64,000 nt of DNA, taken from IMG/VR virus record IMGVR_UViG_3300025584_000449, positions 115,903 through 179,902 of that record; one strand, 5' to 3'. Source of the DNA: a virus. The notes beneath the pieces are model-generated. The model saw nothing but the letters and a program-made list of their open reading frames with translations, ran no database searches and was not told the origin of the DNA. Positions 1-8,413 of this stretch are shown here, one piece after another. The translations under genes were made by a program, and so were the position numbers. The first letter of the stretch is position 1. Every line of letters begins with the position of its first letter.

Positions 1-2
1 TA

Positions 3-458
3 GTGGAAAATGCTACAGTAACTCAGAATAAACAGCTACAGCAGTTATTTGAAATTGGATCTCGCGCACCATACTTTATTCCAGGGCGTACTTTCGTACA
101 AGCCGGGCTTACTAGAGTTCTATTTGATGGTAAGTCGTTATTAAGGGCTCTTTACGAGAATCTTGGTACTACAGAGTATGATGCAATTACAAATCCAGAT
201 GATATGCCCGGTGCAGACTTTGATGCGTCTGACCCTGAATTAGGCGAAGAGTTCTTCATTAACCTAGCATCATCGTTCTTCAATAAGCCGTTAGGTTTAG
301 GATTTGTTATACATGATAAAGAGAATGAATCATGGGGTGGTTTCTACTTGGAAGAGTGTTATATCCAAAATCACCAGTTTAGTGTTGCCGCGAACCAGAC
401 TATTCTTTTAGAGAATGCTGGCTTACGTGCATCAAGAGTTGTACCTATTAAACTTTAG
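3..458 (+). CDS. Virion structural protein, possibly tail tube-like; 5' end probably lies outside the window
   Basis: ORF is open to the window edge. The beta-rich C-terminus (GGFYLEECYIQNHQFSVAANQTILLEN...RVVPI) resembles the ends of large-myophage tube proteins as recalled, not searched. Confidence 0.4.
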   Translation: MENATVTQNKQLQQLFEIGSRAPYFIPGRTFVQAGLTRVLFDGKSLLRALYENLGTTEYDAITNPDDMPGADFDASDPELGEEFFINLASSFFNKPLGLGFVIHDKENESWGGFYLEECYIQNHQFSVAANQTILLENAGLRASRVVPIKL

Positions 459-483
459 TAGTTAGAGATTTAAATTTTAGGCT

Positions 484-517
484 AAAAAAAGAGAGGCACA
501 AATGTGTCTCTCTTTTT
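484..517. terminator. Bidirectional rho-independent terminator between convergent genes
   Basis: A7-GAGAGGCAC-aaat-GTGTCTCTC-T5: a 9-bp stem with one G-U pair, flanked by A and T tracts. Confidence 0.85.
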
Positions 518-519
518 CT

Positions 520-806
520 TTATTTAAAAGTGTCGTCTTTTCCCCACCTGTCTTTACGCAACAGTAAAGTTATTATTGCGTAATTAGCGAGGTCTGCTAA
601 TGAGTCGTCTATGCTTTCATCGCTTACTTCAGCTTCTTGATTATCCCACATTAGTTGTTTTAGTCTATTTATTTATCAGACATTCTAACAAAACAGCCCT
701 TCTCTCCAAGTATCTCAATATTGGCTGAGCCGTAGTCGTGGTTTTTCTTCTTCGCTAAGCTGTATAGCTTTTTCTGCATATCCTCAAAATGACTTAGTGA
801 ATCCAA
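520..806 (-). pseudogene. DUF1599/Nmad1-like (nucleotide modification-associated) gene broken by a 1-nt deletion; not in the ORF track
   Basis: First frame reads (M)DSLSHFEDMQKKLYSLAKKKNHDYGSANIEILGEKGCFVRMSDK* with TAA at 671-669. The -1 frame continues INRLKQLMWDNQEAEVSDESIDDSLADLANYAIITLLLRKDRWGKDDTFK*. KNxDYG, VRxxDKxxRL and DESIxDxLxDLANYAI are typical of this family. Confidence 0.75.
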
Positions 807-1297
807 CAGTCTCCGATCACAGGTTCTACTTCCATAGGCACTGACGGAGCATAATGATTAAACGCTTTTATCATTTCTAATGATAACATGCCCGCGACTT
901 CATCAACTTCATCCTTATGTACTTCTAATAAAATTTCGTCGTGAACTGCGTTGATTATCATAGCATCATATTTGTTATCTCTAATTGATTCACTCGTTTT
1001 CCATAAAGCTCGTTTAGTAACACTAGAACCAGTACCCTGGAATGGTAAGTTTTTAGCAATGTTCATAGCATGGCTATGATGTTTTGGATTATCAAAATCC
1101 ATTGAACTTAAATCTCTTCGTCTACCATCAAGCGGGCTAAATGCGTATCTTAAATCTTCTGCACTGTCGGTAAAATCTTTAATTAGTTTAGCGATTTTAG
1201 GGAAGGTTAAGAAGTAAGATCTTAATAAGCCAGATGCTTCAGGTATTGAAATTTTTAGAACAGCTGATAATCTCTTAGCACCCATTCCGTAAATAAC
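794..1297 (-). CDS. polA: Family A DNA polymerase, exon 2 (C-terminal polymerase domain)
   Basis: Begins VIYGMGAKRLS, which completes motif B. Contains AKNLPFQGT and motif C (AVHDEILLE). Confidence 0.93.
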   Translation of the reverse strand, partial: VIYGMGAKRLSAVLKISIPEASGLLRSYFLTFPKIAKLIKDFTDSAEDLRYAFSPLDGRRRDLSSMDFDNPKHHSHAMNIAKNLPFQGTGSSVTKRALWKTSESIRDNKYDAMIINAVHDEILLEVHKDEVDEVAGMLSLEMIKAFNHYAPSVPMEVEPVIGDCWIH

Positions 1298-1839
1298 CAG
1301 GAACCCTCTGGTTTACCAGAGGCCCGGACTATCCCTTTATGTAACGACCTGTTACTTGGTCTCGTGTGCAATGGTGTTTTTGATGACATTTCTTACATAG
1401 AACTTCTAAATTTTCTATATTATTATTTTGTCGATTATGATCTTTATGATGAGTCAGGATATTTTTTTCTGACTCACATCGATTACAAGTTTTACCATAA
1501 TATTCAAAAGCCCGTAAACTAAAATTTCTTATTCCGTTTTTATACATGTGGTTATCTTTTCCTGATTGATTACCACCAGAACCACTATATGGTTTTTTAA
1601 TTAAACCTTTTTTAATTCTCCACGCGTGAGAGTTAAATGCGTTTCTACATTTATCTGAACAGAATTTTTGTCTACGTTTTGGAAGTACATTGTCACACTT
1701 TTTACATACTCGTCGTCTAGTCTCTACACTTTCCTGCTTCTTCAGGCTTAGCTCGGGATTGCCACCACCATTATGTGCTGAGGTTTCCCCGAATTTGGCG
1801 AGTTTGTTTTCGGCATTATTTATTTTATTCATTATTCAT
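1298..1839 (-). mobile_element. Group I self-splicing intron (542 nt) in polA
   Basis: 5' splice site follows the U of TTCGGT and the intron ends in G. The IGS TAAATAATGCCGAA (1822-1809) pairs over 14 bp with the spliced junction. P4 TTCGGG/CCCGAG, P6a CCTG/CAGG, P7 GAGACTA/TAGTCC, P8 TATGTAA/TTACATA and P9 CCTCTGG/CCAGAGG are all present. Splicing restores KAINFGVIYGMG. Confidence 0.95.
1329..1832 (-). CDS. Intron-encoded HNH homing endonuclease with Cys-rich zinc-binding motifs
   Basis: CKKC...FCSDKC, CNRC...THHKDHNRQNNNIENLEVLCKKCHQKHH. Lies inside the intron. Confidence 0.9.
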   Translation of the reverse strand: MNKINNAENKLAKFGETSAHNGGGNPELSLKKQESVETRRRVCKKCDNVLPKRRQKFCSDKCRNAFNSHAWRIKKGLIKKPYSGSGGNQSGKDNHMYKNGIRNFSLRAFEYYGKTCNRCESEKNILTHHKDHNRQNNNIENLEVLCKKCHQKHHCTRDQVTGRYIKG

Positions 1840-3093
1840 ACCGAAATTGATGGCTTTAGCGGCATCACGCTCTTCTTTAGTAATACTATCATAGTTTCTA
1901 TTGAACAGGATAGCGGCACAGTAGGCATGCAAATCTTTTCCAGTTCTCAAACATTCAATAAACTTATCTTCTTCACTCATATGAGCTAGTAGTCTAAGTT
2001 CCTGATTTGCGAAGTCCGCTGCGACTATTCTATAGTCTAGATCTTGTGCTGTAAAAGCAGCACGATATACAGCACCTGCTGGTATATTCTGCATATTAGG
2101 TTTGGTACTGGCATATCTACCAGAGTCTGTGTTACCTAATTGCCAGAAACTAGAATGAACTCTACCTGTTACAGAGTTTACATTATTATCTAGAAATTCC
2201 TGTCCGTATGTAGTAACTAATTTCTTTCGTTTTCTGTACTCTAGTAATAGTTTAATTACTGCATGATTTTGTTTTTCAAGTTCTTGTTTATTAGTAGAGG
2301 TTAATGTTACATTACATATCTTAGGCAATAATTCCAACATTTGTTTAGGAGAATCATAATTTACCGTAGGTGACCCAAAAAGATCTACTGAGCAGTGTGG
2401 AGCGAACGCTTCATCCAGCTCAACCTTTAAATCAATAGCGGCCTTTAATGCTATATCTTTTAAGGCAAGCCATCTTTTTCTATCTAAGTGTATACCATTC
2501 AATTCTAACTCAGCCGTAGCCCGCACAGTAGAATTTTCTAAATGGGCTAGTTTACTCATATCTCTTTGTCTGATAAACTTGTCCAATTTAGTATGCAGCG
2601 GTAATAAGTATTTAACGTCATCACCAGCATACTTAATTTGTTCCTCTGAAAATTGATCACCAAACTTCATACCTACGAAGCTTTTCTGTAAATCCTTAGA
2701 GACAGTCTCTCCAAGATATTTATCTACTACTGCGTCAAAACTATGTTTTGGTATGTTTTTACCCTGTGTCAACAAGTAATCTGCTAATAATGTGTCTTTC
2801 ATATTTAAAAGATCAATGTCAAAATTAGCCCTGGTCATAACATAGTCAAACTTAGAGTTGTGTGCTACTTTAGCAGTATCAGGCTTTGCTAGTAATTCTA
2901 GAACAGGAAATATACTAGTACCAAGTCTCGCAACATCTAGTACATACTGAGTATGCTCGGTGCCTATTTGTATTAGAAGTACTTCATTCGTATGAGGATC
3001 TAGTCCATTAGTTTCTACATCATACCCGATTATACCTCTAGTTTTTATAAACCTCTCTACTATTGGCACATCTTCTGGTTTTGAAATAAACAT
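1840..3093 (-). CDS. polA: Family A DNA polymerase, exon 1 (3'-5' exonuclease and N-terminal polymerase domain); spliced product 585 aa, no 5'-3' exonuclease
   Basis: ExoI YDVETNG, ExoII HNSKFD, ExoIII YAGDD, GRYASTKPNMQNIP, motif A ADFANQELRLLAH, motif B RDAAKAINFG. Confidence 0.95.
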
Positions 3094-3909
3094 TTAATCT
3101 TCTTGCATATGTATTTGTAATTTAGTTTTGCGATGATTCATCTGCAACTTTTCAATTACTTGTTTTTTAATTTGTCTTATACGTTCTCTAGTTAATCCAA
3201 AATCATCACCGACTTCTTCTAATGTATAATTACGTATCTCTCCGATACCAAAGTACATTTTAATTATCTGCTGTTCACGTTCGGTAAAATCTTTTAAAAT
3301 ATCTAGAATATCATCCGTTAAATATTCACGCTCAACATCTGTGCTAGGAGGGTCATCTGAGCTAGGAATTATTTCATGGATGTTTGTTCCTTCTTCTGTT
3401 TTCTTATCAATGTCTACATAGTGAAACAATAATGAATTTATATCATCGAAGATTTCATGTTGTTGTAGTTCATGATGTAGTTCATCAAAAGATGGGTCTC
3501 TGCCTAAAGTTTGTTCTAAACTACTTTTGATTTTATTTATCTTACCAACTAGGCCGATCTTGTTAGCCGGTAATCTAATAAGTCTTGCATTTTCATGAAT
3601 AGCATTAATAATAGATTGTCTAATCCACCACACCGCATAAGTAATAAACTTAAACGATTTAGATGTATCAAACCTATCTAACGCTTTCATAAGTCCTAAA
3701 TTACCCTCACCAATTAAGTCTTCTAATTGAATACCTTGGCCTTGATACTGTTTAGCGACACTTACAACAAAACGCAAATTAGCAGTGATTAGTTTATTCT
3801 TTGCATGTTCGTTTCCAGCTTGTGCTTTTCTTGCAAGTTCTAATTCTTCTTCTTTAGTCAGAACTTTATTGTTTTTGATTTCGTTTAAATATTGCGTTAA
3901 GGCTGACAT
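3094..3909 (-). CDS. RNA polymerase sigma-70 factor, RpoD/RpoS-like, lacking region 1.1
   Basis: Region 2 ANLRFVVSVAKQY...DLIGEGNLGL...FITYAVWWIRQSI; region 4 YTLEEVGDDFGLTRERIRQI. Confidence 0.95.
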   Translation of the reverse strand: MSALTQYLNEIKNNKVLTKEEELELARKAQAGNEHAKNKLITANLRFVVSVAKQYQGQGIQLEDLIGEGNLGLMKALDRFDTSKSFKFITYAVWWIRQSIINAIHENARLIRLPANKIGLVGKINKIKSSLEQTLGRDPSFDELHHELQQHEIFDDINSLLFHYVDIDKKTEEGTNIHEIIPSSDDPPSTDVEREYLTDDILDILKDFTEREQQIIKMYFGIGEIRNYTLEEVGDDFGLTRERIRQIKKQVIEKLQMNHRKTKLQIHMQED

Positions 3910-3933
3910 TAAGTTCTTTCTATTTTAATATAT

Positions 3934-3963
3934 AAAAAAGAGGAGCCATTTCTGACTCCTCTT
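3934..3963 (-). terminator. Rho-independent terminator downstream of the holin-like gene
   Basis: Minus strand GAGGAGTCA-GAAA-TGGCTCCTC-T6. Confidence 0.8.
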
Positions 3964-3986
3964 CATGGGCCTATAGGTTGTTTATT

Positions 3987-4262
3987 TTACTTTCTCTTCT
4001 TAGTAACTTCAGGCTTTCCGCCATTAGTAGCAGCTTTATGAGCACTATATAGCATAGTACCACCGCCACCTAGTAAGAACGCATCAGTAAGCAGCGCTTG
4101 CATTTGTACGCCTTGTTCTGATCCCCAGATACCGGCAACTAATGCGCCAAGTGCAAATGGGATTAAAGGCCACAATCTCTTAGGAACAGCGCTTTTTACA
4201 TAGTTAGTAACAATAGGAATACCAACCACGGCAATCGCATAAATTGAGTCAAAGTCTAACAT
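3987..4262 (-). CDS. Holin-like small membrane protein
   Basis: 91 aa with two to three hydrophobic segments and a basic C-terminus (VTKKRK). Has its own predicted promoter and terminator. Confidence 0.55.
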   Translation of the reverse strand: MLDFDSIYAIAVVGIPIVTNYVKSAVPKRLWPLIPFALGALVAGIWGSEQGVQMQALLTDAFLLGGGGTMLYSAHKAATNGGKPEVTKKRK

Positions 4263-4331
4263 AATTTGTTATTTTCCAATATGTTATAAGTTCGTTACCT
4301 ACAGGTAACGTAGGAAGTTATTTCCTTAATC

Positions 4332-4360
4332 AATATAGTATATTATACTTGATTAGTCAA
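4332..4360 (-). promoter_or_regulatory. Sigma70-type promoter for the holin-like gene
   Basis: TTGACT-N17-TATATT. Confidence 0.65.
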
Positions 4361-4361
4361 G

Positions 4362-4958
4362 TTAAAAATTAAAAGAAAATACGGGTGGACTAGTGTCAAA
4401 TCTATGCCAATTAAGGATATACTGAGATCCTATCACAGCCACAATTTTATTTCCTTGTTGGATGATATCATTATCTAGCTCAAACTGTAGCTGACAACTT
4501 CCATCTTCCGCATCCTCTGGACCTAATGTATCTAACATTTTTTCCAAAGTATTCTTTTCAGATGTAGTAAAGGCAGCTATTGTTCTACCTTCTGATCTTA
4601 AATCGATCCAATGGGTTCGACTATAAACATGACAATATTCAAATAAGAGCCGCCTGAACTTTGGGTTGTCCACGGCACTTACAATACAATCATATCCGTA
4701 TAAATCTCTTTCATCTGTAATTCTTTTTTCTAAAGCTTTAAACCCATATCTAGCATGTAATACTGCTGCTTTAGGGTCCATTATATCTTCGTCTTCAAAA
4801 TTTTGATAAGAAATATTTTTTGCTTCTACGTGGTCATCGTCTGCTATAGTTATTTCTACGTTACTGTCAGGTAATTGTTCCCAACAAATTAAGTCGTATA
4901 AATTAGCAGCAAGCCAACTTCCTATTCCACCAGCACCTACAATTAATATTTTTTTCAA
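4362..4958 (-). CDS. ThiF/MoeB/E1-like adenylyltransferase (minimal, 198 aa)
   Basis: GAGGIGS nucleotide-binding loop, DDDHVEAKNISYQ, PKA, SAVDN, candidate catalytic Cys in DGSCQ. TTG start overlaps the JAB stop codon. Confidence 0.88.
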   Translation of the reverse strand: MKKILIVGAGGIGSWLAANLYDLICWEQLPDSNVEITIADDDHVEAKNISYQNFEDEDIMDPKAAVLHARYGFKALEKRITDERDLYGYDCIVSAVDNPKFRRLLFEYCHVYSRTHWIDLRSEGRTIAAFTTSEKNTLEKMLDTLGPEDAEDGSCQLQFELDNDIIQQGNKIVAVIGSQYILNWHRFDTSPPVFSFNF

Positions 4959-5410
4959 GTTACTAGTTCTCTTTCATCTATGTCATGACATATAGCTGGT
5001 ACCCACATAAGATGTTCCCGATCACCATTATAATAGTAAACACCAAAGGTCTTATATTTAGGAGAATATATAATGTATATTCCCTTATAACCGGCCTCTC
5101 GAACGTCTGTTATTGAGGGATATGGTTTGTTATTAGGATGTGTATGGTACACCCCTATAAAATCATACTTAGCATCATCGTTATAATGAGTGGTCTCTTT
5201 TATAACATTTAACCATTCTTCTGGGTGAGGCTGGTAATCTTCTTTACCATTGAGTCCTGCTATTACATTGGTAAGTGGTATAAACTTTTCTATGTGCCAT
5301 TCGTTTTTGATTTTAGTGCCGATAAAAGCCCCGCACACCTCGTGCACGGGGCTTGAATCGCCATATATTTTTAACTCCTGAACTATCTCAGGAGTAATGA
5401 AAACTTCCAT
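4955..5410 (-). CDS. JAB/MPN+ (JAMM) metallo-isopeptidase
   Basis: N-terminal EVCG glutamate and an exact HxH-x7-S-x2-D motif (HTHPNNKPYPSITD). Confidence 0.92.
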   Translation of the reverse strand: MEVFITPEIVQELKIYGDSSPVHEVCGAFIGTKIKNEWHIEKFIPLTNVIAGLNGKEDYQPHPEEWLNVIKETTHYNDDAKYDFIGVYHTHPNNKPYPSITDVREAGYKGIYIIYSPKYKTFGVYYYNGDREHLMWVPAICHDIDERELVT

Positions 5411-5634
5411 TAGCCACCAATTAGTGTGTTAGCTAAAGTGATGTCTTCAGCATTTAAAAGATCTTCAATGCCCACAGTGTCAGGATTAACCTGACGGCCA
5501 TCTACATAAGCCCACTTACTGTTGTTTGTGCATTGCTCTTGCAACTCTGCAAGGGCCTCTGCACCAGTGCCTTGAAACTCTGTGTGACCTTCAGCGGATA
5601 CGATCTTTAATGTGATTTCTTTTTCTTTTGCCAT
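5410..5634 (-). CDS. Ubiquitin-like (beta-grasp) protein with C-terminal diglycine
   Basis: 74 aa ending TLIGG*. Predicted strand-strand-helix-strand pattern (ITLKIVS, HTEF, AEALAELQEQC, WAYVDG, ITL). Adjacent to JAB and E1 genes. Confidence 0.8.
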   Translation of the reverse strand: MAKEKEITLKIVSAEGHTEFQGTGAEALAELQEQCTNNSKWAYVDGRQVNPDTVGIEDLLNAEDITLANTLIGG

Positions 5635-5649
5635 AGTTTTTCTCTTTAT

Positions 5650-8028
5650 TTAAAGTGTAGTTATTTCTTTTGCTACTAAGTCATCGTTGTGTAGTGCATA
5701 TAATCTATTTACTAGCCTATCCATACCAACTTGAGCAGCATTTCCTTTATCAACAATACAAATATACTTTCCAGAATTGTAGTCAAAGACCTTGCAATCA
5801 TTGTGATTATTAGAGTCAGGCTCTAATGATCCTTTTTCAACAAAGTAAGTTCTTATTTTGCCTTTTATTTTATACCCTTTGACTCTTCCTCTAGTGGTGT
5901 CTTTTGTTTCCTCTGTTAATTTAAATAACTTAATGGTGTCAGTTAGTAGTTCCTGACTCTTCTTTAAAGCTTCAACATAAGCTTTTCGTCCAGCAGTTAT
6001 AATATCTTTAACATCGTCTACGGTTACACCCTCTACTATTTTTTCATTAAGTAGTAGATCTACCACATCTAAAATACTTCTTTTATTTGATATTGTCAAG
6101 AATCTATTTGTATTACGAATTCTGTATGAGTTCCCATCTAGAACCATAGAGGTTGTACGACCTTTTCTAGTAATCGGGAATTTTATAGAGAATTGATTGT
6201 AATTATTATGTCCTGGAGATGACCCCATTACATCACTTACTCCACTAATATTAATACCACGGTGCAGTAATTTATGTAATTTTAACGAACATTTTCTAAC
6301 CGAGTCTAGGAAATAATCGAAGTCCTCCTGGGTCTCAAAGCACAAAGCTCGCTCGAGACATTCATCAACTTCATTCTTATTAATACGATTTTCATTAATG
6401 TAGTATCTTGTAGAGGTCACACCTCTTGTAGAGGTGGATGATTTTATCTCAAGATTAAAATTAACGTTACCTATTGTACCAGCGGTGCTCTTACTACCCA
6501 GACTTAAATAACTTAAAAATGTTGCGTAAACAAGATCCCAGTCAATGGAATTAGGATCTGTGTTTCTTAACATCTTATCAAATACATCATTAAGCCATCT
6601 GTCGTGCCCTGTATAGGTATTCTTATCAATAGAAAGTGTTTGTCCTGCGTAACTAATAGAGTCCTCAGTTATATCAATACCGTTTAATTTAGTTTTCTTT
6701 ATTGTTTCTAAATTATTAATAACTTTGGTTATCTTCTTAGTCATTATGTTTTTACTTTGAACTACTTTTTGAGTGCGTTCTTCTTTTTTCATGTGCAGTC
6801 TCAAGATAGTATTCAAAGTACCATTATCTAAAACAACAACTCTATCTTCACTAGCCTTTGTCTTTAGATAATTTTCGATTATTACTTTATTAAGCATAAC
6901 CGGGGCAGGGTCTGTTAATACAGCTTCACCCAGCGTTAGTAATGGGTCATCATTACCTCTATTTGCCACAGTACCATCAGGACCAAGCTTGTAATATACT
7001 AAGTGTCCAGCATCAGCGTAGTCATACCAAGAACTAGTTGCTTCTACTTTAAACCAACTAAAGTAATCTCCTGCACAAAATTCTGCTGCGTTATGAATTC
7101 GTGGAGTGTTGTAATAAGGAAATGTACTTGAGCTACCGACTACACAATATCTAGTGTTATGATGTTCATATACTGAATGTATGTATCTAAACTTGTTATT
7201 TTCTTTTAATAACTCTAGTTGCTCAGGAGTAGGCTCTTTAGTAGTAATCTTATCAAAGTTTGTTGTATAAGATTCTTTTAAAAATAAATCTATCTCATTT
7301 ATCTTTAATCCAGAAGCGTTAGAATTATATCCACGCCTGCTGCTTAAGAGCCAATTACCAAAACTATTTATTGGCAGAGTTGAGTCTTTGCCAAAATAAA
7401 AGTTTTTTGTATAAGATAGAGCAACCTGTGCATTACTAAAATGACAGGTACCCAATAACTGAAATTTATTATTGTTCTCTCCGTACCCTCTGTTTCTATC
7501 TAGAAATGAGTTATAACTGGAGAATCGTTCTTGAATTTTACTTATCTTTTCAAGATCAGCTAGATCTGTATCCTTTAATGAATCAATAATAAAGGTGTCT
7601 TTATCAGTAATAATAGGACAGTTACTTCCATAGTTATTAGTCTTTGTCAATGAATAAAAGAATTTTATCTTTCCTTTAGGTATCATCTTATTTATACTTT
7701 TAACTTGCTCTTCTGGCAAAGTTTCAAAAAGTTCACCTATGTCTTGATTAATTTCTTTTGCCCAATCGTAATTAGCTATAGCAGTTGTTACGTCACCCTG
7801 TGAAGTAAAGTTATAGTCATTATCCAGTAAAAACTGATGGTAAGCTAACATTTTTCCTGTATTAAATAAAAACCCTATATGACTTCTTAAACTACTATCC
7901 CCAGACTGTAATACTGGGCTTGACTTAAACTTAAACGAGGTCTTTTTAAGTAAGTCATAGTCTGCTTCTTCAAATCCTAGATCATATAATGCGTTTATTA
8001 CTTTTAATCTACCGGACGGTATTCTCAT
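5650..8028 (-). CDS. Large hypothetical protein (792 aa) heading the Ubl-JAB-E1 cassette
   Basis: Long ORF ending 15 nt before the Ubl start. No family recognised. Confidence 0.6.
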   Translation of the reverse strand: MRIPSGRLKVINALYDLGFEEADYDLLKKTSFKFKSSPVLQSGDSSLRSHIGFLFNTGKMLAYHQFLLDNDYNFTSQGDVTTAIANYDWAKEINQDIGELFETLPEEQVKSINKMIPKGKIKFFYSLTKTNNYGSNCPIITDKDTFIIDSLKDTDLADLEKISKIQERFSSYNSFLDRNRGYGENNNKFQLLGTCHFSNAQVALSYTKNFYFGKDSTLPINSFGNWLLSSRRGYNSNASGLKINEIDLFLKESYTTNFDKITTKEPTPEQLELLKENNKFRYIHSVYEHHNTRYCVVGSSSTFPYYNTPRIHNAAEFCAGDYFSWFKVEATSSWYDYADAGHLVYYKLGPDGTVANRGNDDPLLTLGEAVLTDPAPVMLNKVIIENYLKTKASEDRVVVLDNGTLNTILRLHMKKEERTQKVVQSKNIMTKKITKVINNLETIKKTKLNGIDITEDSISYAGQTLSIDKNTYTGHDRWLNDVFDKMLRNTDPNSIDWDLVYATFLSYLSLGSKSTAGTIGNVNFNLEIKSSTSTRGVTSTRYYINENRINKNEVDECLERALCFETQEDFDYFLDSVRKCSLKLHKLLHRGINISGVSDVMGSSPGHNNYNQFSIKFPITRKGRTTSMVLDGNSYRIRNTNRFLTISNKRSILDVVDLLLNEKIVEGVTVDDVKDIITAGRKAYVEALKKSQELLTDTIKLFKLTEETKDTTRGRVKGYKIKGKIRTYFVEKGSLEPDSNNHNDCKVFDYNSGKYICIVDKGNAAQVGMDRLVNRLYALHNDDLVAKEITTL

Positions 8029-8047
8029 ATATTTCTTTTTTTCTTTT

Positions 8048-8413
8048 TTAGTTTTTAAGGATACTTAGTACTAAGAATCCATTATCGTCATTATCTGCGT
8101 TTACCTCTTTACCTATTAATTCCTGTAATGAGTTAACTTCGTAGAATTTAATTAATTTCGCTAACCCAGTATAACTGGATAGTTCTCCATCGTCATTTAT
8201 ATTGATCCAAAGTCCTGCTTTTTTAGATTCTCCACGATCCTCTAGAAGAAGGTCACTAATCTTGAACTCTCTTCCTTCTGCATCGCGGACTGTAAAAATG
8301 GCTTTACTGCTAGGACCACTCGGTAAATTAACTTCTTCTTGGTCAATATTTATGACTGTTACTGTCTTATTGGAGCGTCCTACTCCAATGTTTAAAAAAT
8401 CTTTATCGTTCAT
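8048..8413 (-). CDS. Hypothetical protein
   Basis: 121-aa ORF in operon orientation, overlapping the upstream stop. Confidence 0.55.
   Translation of the reverse strand: MNDKDFLNIGVGRSNKTVTVINIDQEEVNLPSGPSSKAIFTVRDAEGREFKISDLLLEDRGESKKAGLWININDDGELSSYTGLAKLIKFYEVNSLQELIGKEVNADNDDNGFLVLSILKN

Noticed and set aside
794-3093. Two separate polymerase genes, an intein or a frameshifted polA
   Set aside because: A complete group I intron structure explains the split exactly. No intein motifs were seen in polA, nrdJ, the primase or the helicase.
4362-5634. ThiF/ThiS-type sulfur-carrier pathway as the explanation of the E1-JAB-Ubl genes
   Set aside because: Not excluded, but disfavoured: there is no ThiG, MoaE, cysteine synthase, desulfurase, rhodanese or thiouridylase in the window, and the GG is already exposed, so JAB is not needed for maturation.
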